64,000 nucleotides of DNA from an uncultured Candidatus Rokubacteria bacterium (GTDB lineage Bacteria > Methylomirabilota > Methylomirabilia > Rokubacteriales > CSP1-6), in contig CAVVEU010000029.1 in NCBI GenBank assembly GCA_963747235.1, forward strand, positions 96,001-160,000, in the 5' to 3' direction. Both the position numbers and the translations under genes were made by a program. The notes beneath the pieces are model-generated. The model saw nothing but the letters and a program-made list of their open reading frames with translations, had not been told where the DNA came from and did not search any database. Shown one piece after another: positions 60,086 to 64,000 of the stretch (position 1 is its first letter; every line of letters starts with the position of its first letter).

Positions 60086-61295
60086 ATGAGCGAGCGCGCG
60101 CTGACCGGCATCCGCATCCTGGACCTCACCCAGTTCGAGGCGGGCACCTCCTGCACCCAGCTCCTGGGCTGGCTCGGCGCCGACGTCATCAAGATCGAGC
60201 CGCCCGGCGGCGAGCAGTCGCGCCGGAACCGCCCGGAGGTGCCGGGGCTCGACGCGATGTTCTTCCTGCTCTTCAACTCCAACAAGCGCAGCGTCACCAT
60301 CGATCTGAAGAAGCCGGACGGTCACGCGCTGTTCCTCAAGCTGGCCGAGCGCGCGGACGTGGTGGTCGAGAACTTCGCGCCCGGCCTCATGGAGCGGCTG
60401 GGCCTCGATTTCGACCGGCTCCGCGCGGTGAACCCGCGGATCATCCTCGCGCGCCTGAAGGGCTTCGGGCTCTCCGGCCCGTATCACGAGTTCAAGAGCT
60501 TCGACATGATCGCGCAGGCGATGGGCGGCGTGATGAGCGTCACCGGCTTCCCGGACCGCGAGCCCGTGCTCTGCGGCGCCAACATCGGCGACAGCGGCGC
60601 GGGCGTGCACATGGCGGCCGGCATCCTGGCCGCGGTCATCGAGCGGCAGCGGACGGGCCTGGGCCAGGTCGTGGAGGTCTCCATGCAGGAGGCGGTGGCG
60701 AACCTGATCCGCCAGCGCTACGTCGTCCACTACCGGGACCGCAAGCCCACGCCGCGCCGGGGCAACGGGGCGCCGCCCGGCGCGGTGCCCGACGGCCTCT
60801 ACGCGTGCGCGCCGGGCGGCCCCAACGACTACGTCTACATCTACGTGCAGCCGATGAACCAGGGCATGTGGCAGGACTTCGCCCGCGCGATCGGCCGCGA
60901 GGACTGGCTCGCCGACCCGCGCTGCGTGGACGCGGCTACCAGATGGGCTCACCGGGACGCGCTGAACGGCATCGCGCGGGCCTGGACGGGCGCGCGCTCC
61001 AAGCAGGAGGTGCTCGAGACGCTCGGCAAGGCGGGCGTGCCGTGCGGCGCGGTCCTCGACACGCAGGAGGTGCTGGACGACCCGCACATGAACGCGCGCG
61101 GCGCCATCGAGACCATCGATCACGCGACGCGCGGCCGCTTCCGGGTGCCCGGGTGTCCGATCCGCCTGTCCTCATCCGAGGCGGTGACCACGCCGCCCCC
61201 GCTGGCCGGCCAGCACACCGGCGAGGTCCTGGCGGAGGTGCTCGGGCCTGTCGCCGCAGGCGGTCGAGGAGCTGCGGGCGCGCGCGGTGATCTGA
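60086..61295 (+). CDS. Family III (CaiB/BaiF) CoA transferase, second formyl-CoA transferase-like paralogue (frameshift ~61245 hides the stop in the ORF track)
   Basis: IRILDLTQFEAGTSCTQLLGWLGADVIKIE, NSNKRS, ADVVVENF, AQAMGG, NIGDSGAG, PLAGQHT; ends ...EELRARAVI* in the shifted frame. Confidence 0.88.
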
Positions 61296-61360
61296 CGCGT
61301 GCTCTTCGAGCTCCGAGCCTGAGCCAGCGCCCGCCCGCCGTTCCCAGCGTCCGCTCCATC

Positions 61361-62010
61361 GTGGCGCTCTCCCTGCCCGCGGCCGCAGCGGTCGCGGTGT
61401 TCGGCACCCTCTACGGCGCCGCGGCGCGCGTGTATCTCGGGGTTCCGCTCACGCTCGCCTCGTCGCTGCTCGTCTACTCGGGCGCGCTCCAGTTCGCGGT
61501 CGTGGCCCTGCTCGGCGCGGGCGCCTCCACGCTGCCCCTCCTGCTGACCGCGGGCGTGCTCAATCTCCGCCACCTGGTGCTCGGCGCCGCGCTGCGCTCC
61601 CGATTCGAGAGCGGGCCGCGGCGCCGGGCGCTGCTGGCCTTCTTCCTGGTGGACGAGACCTTCGGCTTCGCCATCGCGGCCGGCAATGCCGCCGAGCCAC
61701 GGGCGGTGGGCGCGGCCACCGAGCGGACGCTGCTCTACTCCGGGCTGACGCTCTACGTCGCGTGGATCGTGGGCACGGTGGTCGGGGTGCTGTTCGGCGG
61801 GCTCGCGGCGGTCGAGGGCCTGGCCGGCGCGCTCTTCCCCGTCCTCTTCATCGGCCTGGCCGCCCTCGCGGTCAGGCGGCGCTCTCACGTGGTGCGCGCG
61901 CTGGCCGCGGCGCTCCTCACCGCCGCGGTGGCCGTACTGCTGCCGGACCTGCGCATGATCGCGCCGGTCGTCGCGGGCGTGGTCGTGGCGCTGCCGGAGC
62001 GGACTGATGA
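61361..62010 (+). CDS. AzlC family branched-chain amino acid export permease (ends approximate)
   Basis: FGTLYG, SLLVYSGALQF, LNLRHLVLG, FFLVDETFG, WIVGTVVG, FPVLFIGL. Confidence 0.82.
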
Positions 62011-62300
62011 GCGCGCTGGTGCTCGTCGCGATCGCGCTCATCACGTACGGCAGCCGCGCCACCGCGGTGGTGCTGCTCCCGCGCCCCGGCCCGCGCGTCG
62101 AGACGATCCTGTCGCGCATCCCGGCCGCGATCTTCGCGAGCCTCGCGACCGCCACGCTCCTCGGCGACGGCGGGGCGCCGGGGAGCGGCCCGACCCTGGC
62201 CGCCGCGGCGGGCGCGCTCCTGCTCAGCCCCGCTCGCTCGCTGCTGCTGTGCCTGATCGGCGGCGCCGTCGGCTACACGACCGCCGCCTGGCTGGGGTGA
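62007..62300 (+). CDS. AzlD domain protein
   Basis: ALITYGSR...LSRIPAAIFASL; small hydrophobic ORF directly after azlC. Confidence 0.75.
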   Translation: MSALVLVAIALITYGSRATAVVLLPRPGPRVETILSRIPAAIFASLATATLLGDGGAPGSGPTLAAAAGALLLSPARSLLLCLIGGAVGYTTAAWLG

Positions 62301-62309
62301 CGCGCGCCC

Positions 62310-62788
62310 TCAGCGCTTCGCCGGCCACGCCCCCATGACCTGCCGGAGGATCGCCAGCTCGCCGATGTGGTAGGTGTTGTGCTCGGAGACGATCAGCAGC
62401 TCGCGGATGTAGGTGTGCTTGGGCGCGTACGGCAATGGCGCCCCCAGGGCCACGCGGGCGCTGGCCGCGATCTTCTCGAGCGCGGCGCGATCCTTCCGGA
62501 ACTGGGCGATCGTCTTCTTCCAGGTCTTCGCGTCCGCCTCGGCGTCCGACCTGGGCCAGTAGTCGGCGGGCCAGCTCGGGTGGTGATAGTCCTCGTCCTG
62601 GATGTACTCGAGGATGTCGCGCTGGGCGATCCGCATGTGCTCGAGCAGGTGCCACGGCGTGTACGTCACGTTCGGCGGGCGGGTATTGATGTGCTTCACG
62701 GGAAGTCGGCCACCACGTCGTCGAAGGTCATGTACGACGGGCCGTGAACCAGGTTCCGCACCTCGGCGCGCACCGCGTCTTTCTTCAT
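62310..62788 (-). CDS. DinB family protein (frameshift ~62700)
   Basis: MTFDDVVADFP, TPWHLLEHMRIAQRDILEY, WPADYWP, SEHNTYHIGE; SD GAGGAG. Confidence 0.85.
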
Positions 62789-62810
62789 TGGGCTCCTCAC
62801 CGGGGGCTCC

Positions 62811-63116
62811 TCACGGGGACCACGTCGGCCAGGTCGGGACGGGTGGAAACGTCTTCAGCGCCTCCTTGAACGCGGTCCACAGGAACACGCTCTTCCCCAT
62901 GCCCGGTCCGATCAGGTGCGGGCCGGAGATGCCGAGCTGCCTGGTGGCTACCTTCGACGCCTCCGAGACGTCCTCGACGAGGCTGAAGGTGCCATCGGCC
63001 TGCCGGCGACTGAGGATCGGCGTCGGCACCGGCCGGGTGCCCGCGAACCCGAGCAGGTACTCGGCGCCGTCGCTGCCTTCGAAGAGAATGCCCTTCACGG
63101 TTCCCTGTGCTTTCAT
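62811..63116 (-). CDS. Small hypothetical protein (101 aa)
   Basis: Strong SD GAGGAGG, ATG start and gene-like codon usage; no recognisable family. Confidence 0.65.
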   Translation of the reverse strand: MKAQGTVKGILFEGSDGAEYLLGFAGTRPVPTPILSRRQADGTFSLVEDVSEASKVATRQLGISGPHLIGPGMGKSVFLWTAFKEALKTFPPVPTWPTWSP

Positions 63117-63160
63117 CGCGCCCCTCCTCTTCTGGAGAGACTACGCGCGCGGCATCGCGG

Positions 63161-63188
63161 TTGACAAGGTCGGCTCCAGGTCTAGACT
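63161..63188 (+). promoter_or_regulatory. Sigma70-type promoter
   Basis: TTGACA (63161-63166), 16 nt, TAGACT (63183-63188), followed by SD AGGAGG and ATG 63213. Confidence 0.7.
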
Positions 63189-63212
63189 CGGGCCCCAGGA
63201 GGTCGCCGCCAC

Positions 63213-64000
63213 ATGACGAACGGGAACCCCTACGCCTTCCACGTCCGGCCCGACATGCGGCAGGGCCTGGCGTCCGAGCTGCCCTTGCCGACCCGGCTCG
63301 TCTCCAATGAGGAGTTCCCGCCCCTGCCCGCAGACGGCCGCACAGCGCCGGGTCGAGCACCGCATCCTCGCCGACGCGGCGCGGCTCGCTCCACGGCTCG
63401 GGCTGAGCCGCCGCGACTTCCTGCGCACGAGCGGCGGGATGGCGACGTCGCTGCTGGCCATGAACGCGGTGTTCGGGCGCTTCTTCGACGTGCTGCCGGT
63501 CGAGGCCGCCGAGCCCTCCGCGTTCAAGGCGCGCACGGGCGATCGCGTTCTTCATCTTCGACGTGCAGCTCCACTACGTGGGCGCGGGCTACGATCCGAG
63601 CAATGAAGAGGCCGCGCGCCGGGGCGTGTCGAAGACCGCGCTGCTCGGGCTCCGCCAGAACTCGCGGCGGCTCAACCCGAAGCTGGCCTCGGACCAGGGC
63701 ACGCTCGCCGATCTGGCCTGGGCCAACATGGTCAAGGAAGTGTTCCTCGACAGCGAGACCGACATCGGGCTGATCTCGACGCCGCCGGGCCCGTATCCGC
63801 AGGAAGCCGTCGTGCCGCCCAGGGAGATGACCCACATCCGCGACGAGATCAACCGGGTCACCCAGTCGCGCCGGATGCTGGCCCACGGGCTCATCACGCC
63901 GCAGCTCGGCCAGGCCGATCTCGACTTCATGGACCAGCAGGCCGCCACGCTGAAGGTGGACGCCTGGAAGGGCTACACCGGCGCCGCGCCCAAGGGCTTC
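63213..64000 (+). CDS. Amidohydrolase-family protein with internal twin-arginine motif; frameshifts; truncated by the window edge
   Basis: PTRLVSNEEFPP...LGLSRRDFLRTSGGMA...FIFDVQLHYV...KEVFLDSETD...AWKGYTG. Confidence 0.75.

Noticed and set aside
60065-62338. Apparent 757-aa CoA transferase-AzlC fusion
   Set aside because: An extra base near 61245 bypasses the natural transferase end (...EELRARAVI*, TGA 61293-61295); these are separate genes.

Overview
High-GC bacterial chromosome segment, almost fully coding, with about 50 genes. The gene content (five luciferase-like monooxygenases, several orphan Tat/Sec-exported ABC solute-binding proteins, amidohydrolases, CaiB/BaiF CoA transferases, a DUF748 protein and a STAND-type cyclase) resembles Candidatus Rokubacteria-like soil bacteria; this assignment is inferred from gene content only. 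About 20 genes are broken by isolated 1-2 nt frameshifts, most likely uncorrected long-read errors, so many CDS boundaries were rebuilt by hand across frames. Most of the window is secondary catabolism and transport, with an mdtABC RND efflux operon at the left end. Two observations stand out. First, a hidden selenoprotein at 47250-48443: a PrdB/GrdB-like reductase B subunit with an in-frame TGA in a U-x-x-C motif, a SECIS-like hairpin starting 11 nt downstream, and an extra C-terminal domain. It ends a ThDP-lyase / CoA-transferase / MDR gene run, has no prdA/grd partner in the window, and is bracketed by inverted palindromic repeats. Second, a complete eukaryote-type bifunctional 6-phosphofructo-2-kinase/fructose-2,6-bisphosphatase at 38482-39745. 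No rRNA, tRNA, CRISPR array or transposase was seen.
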